Source of the DNA: Rhodospirillales bacterium
GTDB taxonomy: Bacteria; Pseudomonadota; Alphaproteobacteria; Rhodospirillales; Defluviicoccaceae
Length of the DNA stretch: 64,000 nucleotides
Reading direction: 5' to 3'
NCBI GenBank assembly: GCA_025458035.1
Contig: JALOTH010000003.1
Coordinates: 5,317 to 69,316, forward strand
This document shows positions 26,917-37,033 of the stretch, piece by piece. Within the stretch, counting starts at the first letter, position 1, and the number at the start of each line of letters is the position of its first letter. Position numbers and translations under genes: made by a program. A model generated the notes under the pieces. It searched no databases, had not been told where the DNA came from, and worked only from the letters and a program-made list of their open reading frames with translations.

Positions 26917-28428
26917 GTGCTTATGAATCATCGCTCGCGACTGCTGCTCGCCGCCATCCTCGCCAGCGGCACCCTGCTCGGGGCATCGGCGCTGGAAGCC
27001 AGCCCCGCCAAGAACGTGATTTTGATGGTCAGTGACGGCGCCAGCTGGGGCACCTGGGACATGACCAGCTTTTATGAGTACGGCGCCAAGGGCATGCAGC
27101 CCTACGATTCGTTCCCGGTGAAGCTGGGAATGACCACATATCCGCTGAACTTCAGCACGACGCCGACCAACGACCCGACGCCGCAGATCAGCTACGATCC
27201 GGCGAAGGCATGGGATAAGACGCCGACCGGCGATGCCAATCTTTTCGCCGGCTACGCCTTCATCAAGCAGAACTACACGGACTCCGCCGCCGCCGGCACC
27301 GCCTTGGCCGCGGGGATCAAGACCTACAACAACGCCATCAACTACGACAATTTCGGCAACCCGGTGCCGTTCATCACCCAGCATGCGAAGGACATGGGCA
27401 AGGCGACCGGCGCCATTTCCAGCGTGCCGTTCAGCCACGCGACACCGGCCGCTTTCGGCGCGCAGAACGCGTCCCGCAACAACTACCACGCCATCGCGGC
27501 GCAGATGATCAACGACGGCACCCTCGACGTCATCATGGGCGGCGGCAACCCCTTATACGACAGCAACGGACTGCCGCGGGCGACGCCCAACTATCAATGG
27601 CTGTCGCCCACCGACTGGGCCGCATTGAACGACGGCACCGCCGGGATGACCCTGATCCAGACGAAGGCGGACTTCGAGGCCCTCGCCAACGGCACGCTGA
27701 CGCCGACCGGCCGGGTCATGGGTCTGCCGCAGGTGTTCGACACGCTGCAGGCGAACCGCACCGAAGCGGTGCAGGGCGCCGATCCCGCCAACCCCAGCGG
27801 CGTTGCCTTCAACGCCAACGTACCGACCCTGGAAACGATGACCAAGGGGGCGCTCAACGTCCTCGGAAACAATCCCAATGGCCTGTTCCTGATGGTCGAG
27901 GGCGGCGCCGTTGACTGGATGGCGCACGCCAACAACACCGGTCGCATCATCGAAGAGCAGATGGACTTCAACAAGTCCGTCACCGCGGTTGTGCAGTGGG
28001 TGGAATCCGTCAGCAACTGGGACGACACGCTGGTGCTGGTGCTGACCGACCATGGCAACGGCATGCCAATGGGGCCCGATTCGGACACCATCGCCTTCGA
28101 AGGGATCGAGAACAACGGCGCCGGCCAGCTGCCGGGCGTCCGCTGGCACTACGGCACCCACACCAACGAGAACACGCTGATGTTCGCCAAGGGCGCCGGC
28201 GCCGAAGAGCTGCTCACCATGATCGTCGGCGTCGATCCCGGCCTCGTCGACGTGCTCGCCTTCAACGACGGCCGCTATATCGACAACACCATGATCTTCG
28301 ATGCCATGAAGATGAGCATGGGCGTGGCGGCACAGCCGGTGCCGGTGCCGGCGGCCGCCTTGTTGTTCCTCAGCGGCCTTGGACTGCCGGCCGTGGCGCT
28401 CATCCGCCGCCACCGCCAGGCCGCCTGA
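26917..28428 (+). CDS. alkaline phosphatase (PhoA family) with C-terminal VPLPA-CTERM sorting signal
   Basis: AAGGAGG RBS with GTG 26917 / ATG 26923. Signal peptide. VILMVSDGASWGT metal site. Active-site Ser motif YTDSAAAGTA. DHGNG. The C-terminus VPVPAAALLFLSGLGLPAVALIRRHRQAA consists of a motif, a TM helix and a basic tail. Confidence 0.85.
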   Translation: MLMNHRSRLLLAAILASGTLLGASALEASPAKNVILMVSDGASWGTWDMTSFYEYGAKGMQPYDSFPVKLGMTTYPLNFSTTPTNDPTPQISYDPAKAWDKTPTGDANLFAGYAFIKQNYTDSAAAGTALAAGIKTYNNAINYDNFGNPVPFITQHAKDMGKATGAISSVPFSHATPAAFGAQNASRNNYHAIAAQMINDGTLDVIMGGGNPLYDSNGLPRATPNYQWLSPTDWAALNDGTAGMTLIQTKADFEALANGTLTPTGRVMGLPQVFDTLQANRTEAVQGADPANPSGVAFNANVPTLETMTKGALNVLGNNPNGLFLMVEGGAVDWMAHANNTGRIIEEQMDFNKSVTAVVQWVESVSNWDDTLVLVLTDHGNGMPMGPDSDTIAFEGIENNGAGQLPGVRWHYGTHTNENTLMFAKGAGAEELLTMIVGVDPGLVDVLAFNDGRYIDNTMIFDAMKMSMGVAAQPVPVPAAALLFLSGLGLPAVALIRRHRQAA

Positions 28429-28471
28429 GCCGACACCGCCGCAATCGGCCACCTTGATCCCAGTGCCGAAA

Positions 28472-28505
28472 CCCCGGGGGGTCCCGCCCCCCGGGGATTT
28501 CTGTT
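28472..28505 (+). terminator. Rho-independent terminator
   Basis: Perfect 10-bp stem ccccgggggg / ccccccgggg with a 5-nt loop, followed by atttctgtt. Lies 44 nt after the phosphatase stop. Confidence 0.7.
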
Positions 28506-28599
28506 GCCAGAAGCGGGATTCGCCCCCCACCGCCGCGACGACGGGGCCGCCGGTTGGCGAAGGCTGACGCCGGGCGCCGCCGGTGCTACATCAGCGGCG

Positions 28600-30519
28600 A
28601 TGCTGCGCCTGGAAAAGCTCACCTACCGGATCGGTGGCCGCGTCCTGCTCGACGGCGCCGACGCCGCCATCGCCCCCGGCCACCGCGTCGGCCTCGTCGG
28701 CCGCAACGGCACCGGCAAGACGACGCTGCTGCGCCTGATCTGCGGCGAGATCGAGCCCGACGGCGGGCGTATCGAGCTGCCCGCACGCTGGCGCATCGGG
28801 GTGACGCGCCAGGAGGCGCCGGATGGGCCGCAAAACCTGATCGACACCGTGCTCGCCGGCGATGCCGAGCTGGTGCGCCTGCACCGCGAGGCGGAAACCG
28901 CCGCCGACGCCCATGACATCGCCGCCATCCACGAACGGCTCGGCGCCATCGACGCCCACTCGGCACCGGCCCGCGCCGCCCGCATCCTCAAGGGGCTCGG
29001 CTTCGACGATGCGGCGCAGCTGCGGCCCTGCCGCGAATTCTCCGGCGGCATGCGCATGCGCGTCGCCCTCGCCGCGCTGCTGTTCCTGGCGCCCGACCTG
29101 CTGCTGCTGGACGAGCCCACCAATCACCTCGACCTCGAGGCGAGCCTGTGGCTGCAGGAATTTCTTCGCGGCTATCCCGGAACCCTCATCGTCGTCAGCC
29201 ACGACCGCGAGGTGCTGAACCGGGTCGCCGAGGAAATCCTGTCCCTCGAAGGCGGCAAGCTGACCCTTTACACCGGCGGCTACGACCGCTTCGAGGAAGC
29301 GCGCCGCATGCGCAGCGAACAGGACGAGAAGCAGCGGCAGCGGCAACAGACCGAGCGCGCCCGCATCCGCGCCTTCGTCGACCGCTTCCGCTACAAGGCG
29401 TCGAAAGCGCGGCAGGCGCAGTCCCGCTTGAAGATGCTGGAGCGGATGAAGCCGATCGCCGAGGCACGGGACGACGGCTCGATCAGCTTCGATTTCCCCG
29501 ATCCCGATCCGCTGCCGCCGCCGCTGCTGCGGCTCGACCGCACGGACATCGGCTATGACGGCAAGCCCGTGTTGCGGGGCGTCGACCTGCGGCTCGACGC
29601 CGACGACCGCATCGCCCTGCTGGGCGCCAACGGCAATGGCAAGTCGACACTGGTCAAGCTGCTGGCCGGCCGGCTGAAGCCCCTCGCCGGCGAGATGCGG
29701 CGCTCCGACAAGCTGCGCATCGGCTATTTCGCCCAGCATCAGGCGGACGAACTCGACCTCGCGGCGACGCCGGTGATCGCGCTGGCGCGACTGCGGCCGC
29801 ACGACGCGGACGTGCGGCTGCGCGGCCATCTCGGCCGCTTCGGCTTTTCTCAGGAGCGGGCGGATACCCGTATCGCCGATCTGTCCGGCGGCGAGAAGGC
29901 GCGATTGCTGTTCGCGCTGATGACGGTCCATCGCCCGCATCTGCTGCTGCTGGACGAGCCCACCAACCACCTCGACATCGTATCGCGGCAAGCCTTGATC
30001 GAGGCGCTGAACGCCTTCGCCGGCGCCGTCGTCCTCGTCAGCCACGACCCGCACCTGATCGAGCTCACCGCCGACCGCCTGTGGCTGGTGGATGGCGGCC
30101 AGGCCAAGCCCTTCGACGGTGATCTCGATGACTACCGGACGCGGGTGACGGCGATGGCCGGCCGCACGGGCGAACGGAGCGAAGCCGGGCAACGGCCGGG
30201 CGCGTCCGGGCGGCGGGACGGACGGCGCGAGGCGGCGGAGAAGCGGGCGGCCCTCGCCCCCTTGAAAAAACAGCTCACCGACACCGAGGCCGAGATCGAC
30301 CGGCTGACGGCGGAGCGGCAGCGGCTGGCCGCCGCCCTCGCCGAACCGGAGCTGTACAACGGCGAGTCGCGTCGGCTGCTGGATCTGCAAAAACGCCTCG
30401 CCGAAGTGGAGCGCCGCCTCACCGCGTGCGAAACCGCGTGGTTCGATCTGCACGCCGCCTGGGATGCGGCCAAGGAGGCGTCAGCGGCGGGCGGATCGCG
30501 CCGCAGCCTTGACCCGTGA
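28600..30519 (+). CDS. ABC-F family ATPase (two ABC domains, C-terminal coiled coil)
   Basis: ATG 28600. Two Walker A sites (GRNGTGKTT; GANGNGKST), two LSGG signatures (FSGGMRMR; LSGGEKAR), a Q/R-rich linker and no TM domain. Confidence 0.92.
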   Translation: MLRLEKLTYRIGGRVLLDGADAAIAPGHRVGLVGRNGTGKTTLLRLICGEIEPDGGRIELPARWRIGVTRQEAPDGPQNLIDTVLAGDAELVRLHREAETAADAHDIAAIHERLGAIDAHSAPARAARILKGLGFDDAAQLRPCREFSGGMRMRVALAALLFLAPDLLLLDEPTNHLDLEASLWLQEFLRGYPGTLIVVSHDREVLNRVAEEILSLEGGKLTLYTGGYDRFEEARRMRSEQDEKQRQRQQTERARIRAFVDRFRYKASKARQAQSRLKMLERMKPIAEARDDGSISFDFPDPDPLPPPLLRLDRTDIGYDGKPVLRGVDLRLDADDRIALLGANGNGKSTLVKLLAGRLKPLAGEMRRSDKLRIGYFAQHQADELDLAATPVIALARLRPHDADVRLRGHLGRFGFSQERADTRIADLSGGEKARLLFALMTVHRPHLLLLDEPTNHLDIVSRQALIEALNAFAGAVVLVSHDPHLIELTADRLWLVDGGQAKPFDGDLDDYRTRVTAMAGRTGERSEAGQRPGASGRRDGRREAAEKRAALAPLKKQLTDTEAEIDRLTAERQRLAAALAEPELYNGESRRLLDLQKRLAEVERRLTACETAWFDLHAAWDAAKEASAAGGSRRSLDP

Positions 30520-30621
30520 TCGGCGATCACCCTACATCCCGAAACACACCCGCCGGCGTCCGTCCCGTCCGGCTCCCGGCGCGACCTGTGCCACGGGCGC
30601 GCGACCTTGACAGTGAAACCC

Positions 30622-31170
30622 ATGTCCGCACCGGAAACCTCCCATTGGCACGGCACCACCATCATCAGCGTGCGCAAGGGCGGCCACGTCGTCGTCGGCG
30701 GCGATGGCCAGGTCAGCATAGGCAACACCATCATCAAGTCCAACGCCCGCAAGGTGCGGCGATTGGCCGACGGCGCGGTGATTGCCGGCTTTGCCGGCGC
30801 CACCGCCGATGCGTTCACCCTGTTCGAGCGACTGGAAGGCAAGCTCGAGCAGTATCCGGGACAGCTCACGCGCGCCTGCGTCGAACTGGCCAAGGACTGG
30901 CGCACCGACCGCTATCTGCGCCGGCTGGAGGCGATGATGGCGGTCGCTGACCGCACCGTCTCCCTGGTGCTCACCGGCACCGGCGACGTGCTGGAACCGG
31001 AGGATGGTCTGATCGGCATCGGCTCCGGCGGTCCCTACGCGCTGGCGGCGGCACGGGCGATGCTCGACCGCGACGATGTGACCGCCGAGGAGATCGTGCG
31101 CCGCGCCCTCGACATCGCCGCCGGCATCTGCGTCTTCACCAATACCAACGTCATCATCGAGAGCCTATGA
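30622..31170 (+). CDS. hslV: ATP-dependent protease subunit HslV
   Basis: [12 protein letters not shown] (catalytic Thr after processing) and GDGQVS. ATGA overlap with hslU. TTG 30607 is an alternative start. Confidence 0.95.
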   Translation: MSAPETSHWHGTTIISVRKGGHVVVGGDGQVSIGNTIIKSNARKVRRLADGAVIAGFAGATADAFTLFERLEGKLEQYPGQLTRACVELAKDWRTDRYLRRLEAMMAVADRTVSLVLTGTGDVLEPEDGLIGIGSGGPYALAAARAMLDRDDVTAEEIVRRALDIAAGICVFTNTNVIIESL

Positions 31171-32483
31171 CCAGCTTCACGCCGCGCGAGATCGTCTCCG
31201 AACTCGACCGCTACATCATCGGCCAGGACGACGCCAAGCGCGCCGTTGCCATCGCCCTGCGCAACCGCTGGCGCCGGCAGCAGCTGGGCGAGGAGATGCG
31301 CCAGGAGGTGCTGCCGAAGAACATCCTGATGATCGGTCCGACCGGCGTCGGCAAAACGGAAATCGCCCGCCGCCTCGCCAACCTGGCGCAGGCGCCGTTC
31401 CTGAAAGTGGAGGCGACCAAGTTCACCGAGGTCGGCTACGTCGGCCGCGACGTGGAACAGATCATCCGCGACCTCGTCGAGATCGCCATCCACATGACGC
31501 GCGAGCGTCAGCGCAAGCAGGTGCACGCGCGCGCCGAACTGGCGGCGGAGGAGCGGGTGATCACCGCCCTCGTTGGCGAGCATGCCGGCAGCGAAACCCG
31601 CGAGAAGTTCCGGCGCCTGCTGCGCTCGGGCCAGCTCGGCGACAAGGAGATCGAGGTTCAGGTTTCCGATGCCAGCGGCATGCAGCTGCCGACGTTCGAT
31701 ATCCCGGGCATGCCGGGCGCGCAGATGGGCATGGTGAACATCTCCGAAATGTTCCAGAAGACGTTCGGCGGCGCCATGAAGCGATCCAAGAAGATGACCG
31801 TCGCCGAATCCTACGACGTGCTGGTGGAGGAAGAGGCGGACAAGCTGCTGGACCAGGACCGGGTGGTCAAGGACGCCATCGACGCCGTCGAGAACCAGGG
31901 CATCGTCTTCCTCGACGAGATCGACAAGATCGCCAGCCGGTCCGAGCGGATCGGCGGCGCCGACGTCTCGCGCGAGGGGGTGCAGCGCGACCTGCTGCCG
32001 CTGATCGAGGGCACCATCGTCACCACGAAGCGCGGCAACGTGCGCACCGATCATATCCTGTTCATCGCGTCGGGCGCCTTCCACCTCGCCAAGCCGTCCG
32101 ACCTGCTGCCGGAATTGCAGGGCCGGCTGCCGATCCGCGTCGAGCTGAAGGCGCTGACCCGTGACGATTTCGTGCGCATCCTCACCGAGCCGGAAGCCTC
32201 GCTGATCAAGCAGTACAAGGCGCTGATGCAGACGGAAAACGTCGCGCTCGATTTCGCACCGGATGCGATCGAGGAGATCGCCACGCTGGCGGCCGAGATC
32301 AACTCGGGCGTCGAGAACATCGGCGCCCGGCGGCTGCAGACGGTGATGGAAAAGCTGCTGGAGGAGATCAGCTTCGCCGCGTCGGAACGGTCCGGCGAGG
32401 CGATCACGATCACCGCCGAGGACGTGCGCACCCGCGTCGGCACGCTGGCCAAGTCCGCCGACCTCGCCAAGTTCATTTTGTAG
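31167..32483 (+). CDS. hslU: ATP-dependent protease ATPase subunit HslU
   Basis: 438 aa. [39 protein letters not shown]. Confidence 0.97.
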   Translation: MTSFTPREIVSELDRYIIGQDDAKRAVAIALRNRWRRQQLGEEMRQEVLPKNILMIGPTGVGKTEIARRLANLAQAPFLKVEATKFTEVGYVGRDVEQIIRDLVEIAIHMTRERQRKQVHARAELAAEERVITALVGEHAGSETREKFRRLLRSGQLGDKEIEVQVSDASGMQLPTFDIPGMPGAQMGMVNISEMFQKTFGGAMKRSKKMTVAESYDVLVEEEADKLLDQDRVVKDAIDAVENQGIVFLDEIDKIASRSERIGGADVSREGVQRDLLPLIEGTIVTTKRGNVRTDHILFIASGAFHLAKPSDLLPELQGRLPIRVELKALTRDDFVRILTEPEASLIKQYKALMQTENVALDFAPDAIEEIATLAAEINSGVENIGARRLQTVMEKLLEEISFAASERSGEAITITAEDVRTRVGTLAKSADLAKFIL

Positions 32484-33577
32484 CACAGCGTGTAGCCGAG
32501 GCATGGATTGCCGCGCCCGCTGGCGCGGGCTCGCAATGACGACCTGGGCAAGCAGATGCGTGGCAGCGGGTCGTCCTCCAGCTCTTCGAGAATGCGCTCG
32601 CCGCCGAGTTCGGTGACGAGGACGACGGCCGGCCGGCCGGTCCCGACGGTGCCGATGACCGCTGCCCCGGCGCCGCCGGCCGCCGATCGCATCGCCTGGA
32701 GCGCCGCATCGGCGGTCGCGGCGGCAACGACGGCGACAATGCGCCCCTCGCAGGCGAGATACAGCGGATCATAGCCCAGCAGCTCGCAGACGCTGCGGAC
32801 GGCTCCCCGCACCGGCAGCGCCGCCTCGTCGAGGCGCACGCTCAAGCCCGAGGCGCGACAGATCTCGGCGGCGACGGTGGCAAGGCCGCCGCGCGTCGGA
32901 TCGCGCATGAACTTCACCCCCGGCAGGGCGCGCAGGCGCTGCGCGATCGGCAGCACGCTCGCCGCATCGGACTGAAGGTCGCCCTTCAGCCCGAACTGCT
33001 CGCGCGCCAGCATCACCGCCGTGCCGTGATCGCCGACCGGGCCGCTGACCAGCAGCCGGTCGCCGGCACCGATGCGGCCGAGGCCGAGGGCGACGCCCGG
33101 CGGACGGATGCCGATGCCGGTGGTGGCGAGGTAAAGGCCGCCGCCCTCACCGCGGCGGACAACCTTGGTATCGCCGGCGACGATGGCAACGCCCGCCTCC
33201 CGCGCTGCCGCCGCCATGCTGGCGACGATCCGTTCCAGCCGGTCAACGGCGAGCCCCTCCTCGATGAAGGCGTTGACGGTCAGGTACAGGGGATCGGCGC
33301 CGCTGACCGCCAGATCGTTGACGGTGCCGTGCACGGCGAGGCTGCCGATGGTACCGCCAGGGAACTCCAGCGGCTCGACGGTGAAGCCATCGGTGGTGAC
33401 GACGACCTCGCCCGCCGCCGCATCGATGGGCACGGTGGCGGCATCCGTGCTGACATCGAGGTGCGGGTTGGCAAAGTGGCGGGCGAACAGGCTCTCGATC
33501 AATTCGCGCATCATCCGCCCGCCGTTGCCGTGGGCGAGGGCGATGTGCGTTTCCGAGAGCCTCGGCTCGGCGCTCAT
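32051..33577 (-). CDS. hypE: hydrogenase maturation protein HypE with stop-codon loss. The canonical protein ends at Cys codon 32554-32552; the ORF reads on for about 166 more codons, antisense into hslU.
   Basis: The first 342 aa are a complete HypE (AHGNGG, PurM-like fold) ending in the family-defining ...DDPLPRIC. The next codon is TTG (32551-32549) instead of a stop, and the frame stays open to 32051. Confidence 0.85.
   Translation of the reverse strand: MSAEPRLSETHIALAHGNGGRMMRELIESLFARHFANPHLDVSTDAATVPIDAAAGEVVVTTDGFTVEPLEFPGGTIGSLAVHGTVNDLAVSGADPLYLTVNAFIEEGLAVDRLERIVASMAAAAREAGVAIVAGDTKVVRRGEGGGLYLATTGIGIRPPGVALGLGRIGAGDRLLVSGPVGDHGTAVMLAREQFGLKGDLQSDAASVLPIAQRLRALPGVKFMRDPTRGGLATVAAEICRASGLSVRLDEAALPVRGAVRSVCELLGYDPLYLACEGRIVAVVAAATADAALQAMRSAAGGAGAAVIGTVGTGRPAVVLVTELGGERILEELEDDPLPRICLPRSSLRARASGRGNPCLGYTLCYKMNLARSADLASVPTRVRTSSAVIVIASPDRSDAAKLISSSSFSITVCSRRAPMFSTPELISAASVAISSIASGAKSSATFSVCISALYCLISEASGSVRMRTKSSRVSAFSSTRIGSRPCNSGSRSDGLARWKAPDAMNRI
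32511..32528. terminator. GC hairpin between the hslU stop and the canonical hypE end (inside a REP-like half element)
   Basis: ccgcgcc / ggcgcgg forms a 7-bp stem with a 4-nt loop. There is no U-tract. Confidence 0.35.
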
Positions 33578-35868
33578 CGGCGATCCCCGTCGGCGGCGAG
33601 CGCCTCGATGATCTGACCGAAGCTGATGCCGGCATCGTTGCAGGGGATCTCCCGCGCCAGCAGGACTTCACAGCCAGCCTTGGCGAGTTCGCCGGCGGCC
33701 CGCTCGGCCAGCAGCCGGTTCTGAAAGACGCCGCCGGTCAGCCCGACGCTGGTGATGCCGGTGCCGGCGCGCAGATGCCGTGCCACGTCGCCGATAGCCC
33801 GCGCGAGGCTGGCATGAAAGATGCCGCCCCGCGCTGCCGCCGAACGGCTCTCGTCGGTCAACATCGGCAGCAGCGGCGCCCAATCGACGATCAGCGGCGC
33901 ACCGTCATTGCCGCCGGTCAGCGGCAGGGAAACCGCCTCATCGGTGTTTGCGCTCACCGCCTCCAGCCGCATCGGCGCCTCGCCCTCGAAGCTGGCGGTG
34001 CGGGCGATCCCGGTCAGCGCCGCAGCGGCGTCGAACAGCCGGCCCGCCGCCGTCGTTGCCGCGACGTTGAGCCCCCGCGTCCAGGCGTGGCGCAGCACGT
34101 CGGCGTCCGCCCCGCCGCTGGGCCAGAGGTGCGCCGGTGGCTCGATCCCCGCCGTCCAGGCGACGGCGACGGCGGAACGCCACGGCTGGCGCGCCGCCTG
34201 ATCGCCGCCGGGCAGGCGGAAGGGGCGCAAGTGGGCGACGCGCCGCCAGCTTCCCGGCACCCCGAGGAAGGTCTCGCCGCCCCACAGGCCGCCGTCCGCG
34301 CCGTAGCCGACGCCGTCCCAGGCGAAGACCAGCATCGGCGCGGTGCGCGCTGCCGCCAGTCCGTACTCGCCGGCAAGGGCGCTGGCGTGGGCATGATGAT
34401 GCAGAACGGTGCGCAGCGGCAGGCCCAATCGCCGCGCCCAGCGCGTCGAGGCGTAACCGGGATGGGCATCGCAGACGATCCGCTCCGCGGCGACCCCATA
34501 CAGGCGCTGCAGATCGGCGATTACCGCCTCGAACACCTCGAGGCTGCGCGGCGAGCCGAGATCACCGATATGGGGCGAGAGAACGGCGCGATCGTCCCAG
34601 GCGAGCGCCACCGTCGCCTTCAGGTGGCCGCCGACGGCGAGTGTCGGCCGGGCGAGCCGGCCAGGCAGCGCAACGGCGTGCGGCGCATTGCCGCGGCCGA
34701 GGCGGAGCGGCCGGGCGGCGCCGGCGATGACGCGGTAGACGGGGTCGTCGGCCGGCCGCACGATCGGCCGGTCGTGGTGCAGGAACGCATCGGCGATGGC
34801 GCCAAGGCGGGCCTCCGCCTCGGCCGGCTCCGTCAGCACCGGCTCGCCGGAGATGTTGCCGGAGGTGGCGACGAGCGGCCCGCCGAAATCCTCCGTCAGC
34901 AGCGTATGCAGGGGGCTGTAGGGCAGCATCAGCCCGACCTCGGCGAGGCCGGGGGCGATGGCGGCGGCGAGGGGGCTGCCCGCCCGCCGGGCGGCGAGGA
35001 CGATCGGCCGCAGCGGATCGGCCAGCATCGCCGCCGCCAGGGGATCGAGGTCGGCGAGACGGCGCGCCTCGTCGAGACCGTCGGCGCCGAGCGGGCGCAC
35101 CATCACCGCCAGCGGCTTTTGCGGGCGATGCTTGCGCTGGCGCAGGCGGCGGACGGCGGCCTCGTCGCCGGCATCGCAGAGAAGGTGATAGCCGCCAATG
35201 CCGCGGACGGCGACGATCAGCCCCTGCCGGAGCGCCGCCCGCGCGGCGGCGAGCGCAGGCTCGGAACCTTCAATCGTCGCGGCGCCGTCCGCGGCGCGGA
35301 AGCTCAGCTGCGGGCCGCAGGCGGGACATGCCAGCGGCTCCGCATGGAAGCGGCGGTCCGTGGGATCGGCGTACTCGCGGGCGCAGTCGGCGCACAGCGC
35401 AAAGCCCGCCATCGTCGTGTGCGGGCGGTCGTAGGGCAGCCGCCGGATGATCGTGTAGCGAGGGCCGCACTGGGTGCAGTTGATGAACGGATAGCGGTAG
35501 CGCCGGGACGCGGGGTCGCGCAGCTCGGCAAGGCAGTCGGCGCAGGCGTACTGGTCGGGCGGCAGGTGGGCATGGCTGGCATCGCCATCGCTGCTGGCGA
35601 GGATGCGAAATCCGGGTTCGACGGCGCCGGCTCCGTCCCCGGGCGTTTCCCGGCAGATGAGGCGGGGCCGGGCCAGCGGCGGCGCTTCGGCGATCACCGC
35701 CGCGGTGAAGGCGGCAACGGCGGGGCCGCGGCCGGCAACGACGATGTGCACCTCGCCGGCATGGTTCTTCACCCAGCCGTCGAGAGCCAGGCGCATGGCC
35801 AGCCGCTGCACGAACGGGCGAAAGCCGACCCCCTGGACGCGGCCGCCGATGCGCAGGCGGCAGACCAC
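33574..35868 (-). CDS. hypF: carbamoyltransferase HypF
   Basis: GAGGAGG RBS 6 nt before GTG 35868. Acylphosphatase domain (RLRIGGRVQGVGFRPF). Two zinc-finger pairs (CADC...CTQCGPRY; CADC...CPACGP). YrdC-like and Kae1-like domains. ATGA overlap with hypE. Confidence 0.92.
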   Translation of the reverse strand: MVCRLRIGGRVQGVGFRPFVQRLAMRLALDGWVKNHAGEVHIVVAGRGPAVAAFTAAVIAEAPPLARPRLICRETPGDGAGAVEPGFRILASSDGDASHAHLPPDQYACADCLAELRDPASRRYRYPFINCTQCGPRYTIIRRLPYDRPHTTMAGFALCADCAREYADPTDRRFHAEPLACPACGPQLSFRAADGAATIEGSEPALAAARAALRQGLIVAVRGIGGYHLLCDAGDEAAVRRLRQRKHRPQKPLAVMVRPLGADGLDEARRLADLDPLAAAMLADPLRPIVLAARRAGSPLAAAIAPGLAEVGLMLPYSPLHTLLTEDFGGPLVATSGNISGEPVLTEPAEAEARLGAIADAFLHHDRPIVRPADDPVYRVIAGAARPLRLGRGNAPHAVALPGRLARPTLAVGGHLKATVALAWDDRAVLSPHIGDLGSPRSLEVFEAVIADLQRLYGVAAERIVCDAHPGYASTRWARRLGLPLRTVLHHHAHASALAGEYGLAAARTAPMLVFAWDGVGYGADGGLWGGETFLGVPGSWRRVAHLRPFRLPGGDQAARQPWRSAVAVAWTAGIEPPAHLWPSGGADADVLRHAWTRGLNVAATTAAGRLFDAAAALTGIARTASFEGEAPMRLEAVSANTDEAVSLPLTGGNDGAPLIVDWAPLLPMLTDESRSAAARGGIFHASLARAIGDVARHLRAGTGITSVGLTGGVFQNRLLAERAAGELAKAGCEVLLAREIPCNDAGISFGQIIEALAADGDRR

Positions 35869-35932
35869 CGGCGGCCTCCTCGCGGCGATGTCCGATGCGG
35901 CGGCAAATGCCGCGGTCACGGCGCGCTGATGC

Positions 35933-37033
35933 CTATTCGGCGGCGGCCGCGGCGCGGGCACCGCCCGCCCACCAGATGCGGCAGGCGCCCTCGTCGGAGA
36001 CCATGCACGGCCCGACAGGGTTGCGCGGCGTGCACGCCTTGCCGTAAAGCTTGCATTCGGTGGGATAGATCCGTCCCAGCACCACCTCGGCGCAGCCACA
36101 GCCCGGCGGCATCTCGCCGGCCCGCCGCCGCAGCTCGTCGCTCACCGGGAAGTGAGTATCGGCATCGTTGGCGGCGAATTCGGCCTTCAGCCCGTAGCCG
36201 GAGGCGGCAATGGTGCCGATGCCGCGCCATGGCGCATCGACGATGTCGAGCGTCGCCTCGATGCAGGCCCTGGCGCGGGGGTTGCCGCCGGGCCGCACCG
36301 CGCGGGGGTAGAGGTTGTCGAGGCGGGGCCGGCCGTCGAGCCACTGGCGCAGCACCGCGTACATCGCCGCCAGCAGGGTATCGGCGGTGAAGCCGGCGAT
36401 CGCCACCGGCAGGCCATGCTCCTCGGCGACGAACGCCCACTCCTCCGGCCCCATTACCGTCGAGACATGCCCCGGGGCCACCAGCGCATCAAAGCCGGGA
36501 CGCCCCGCCGCCAGCAGCAGCGCCACCGCGGGCCAGGTTCGCCGGCAAGAGACGAGCAGCAGGAGGTTATCGGGAATGCCCTCGCAGATCAGCGCGGCGA
36601 GCGGCGCCGTCGTCGTTTCGAAGCCGACGGCGAAGAAGACGACGGTGCGCCCCGGCTCGCTGCGGGCGATGGCGGCCGCCTCCAGCGGCGAGGCAATCGG
36701 CCGCACGTCGGCGCCGGCGGCCTTCGCCTGTTCCAGCGAGCGCGGCTCTCCCTTCGCCACGTTTGCCGGCACCCGCAGCATGTCGCCGTAGGTGACGAGG
36801 ATGACATCGTGGTCGAGGGCGAGGCGGATGGCGCGGTAGATGTCCTCCTCCGGGCAGATGCACACCGGGCAGCCGGGACCGGGGATCAGCTCGATCGCTT
36901 TCGGCAGCACGCCGCGCAGCCCGGCCATGGTGATCGAACGCTCGTGCCCGCCGCAGACGTTCATGATCCGCACCGGCCGATCGATGGGCAGGGCGCGGAT
37001 GCGCTCCAGCCAGTCGCGCGCCGTGCCGCTCAT
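35933..37033 (-). CDS. hypD: hydrogenase formation protein HypD
   Basis: MNVCGGHE and GPGCPVCICP motifs. ATG 37033 overlaps the hypB stop (ATGA). Confidence 0.93.
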   Translation of the reverse strand: MSGTARDWLERIRALPIDRPVRIMNVCGGHERSITMAGLRGVLPKAIELIPGPGCPVCICPEEDIYRAIRLALDHDVILVTYGDMLRVPANVAKGEPRSLEQAKAAGADVRPIASPLEAAAIARSEPGRTVVFFAVGFETTTAPLAALICEGIPDNLLLLVSCRRTWPAVALLLAAGRPGFDALVAPGHVSTVMGPEEWAFVAEEHGLPVAIAGFTADTLLAAMYAVLRQWLDGRPRLDNLYPRAVRPGGNPRARACIEATLDIVDAPWRGIGTIAASGYGLKAEFAANDADTHFPVSDELRRRAGEMPPGCGCAEVVLGRIYPTECKLYGKACTPRNPVGPCMVSDEGACRIWWAGGARAAAAAE

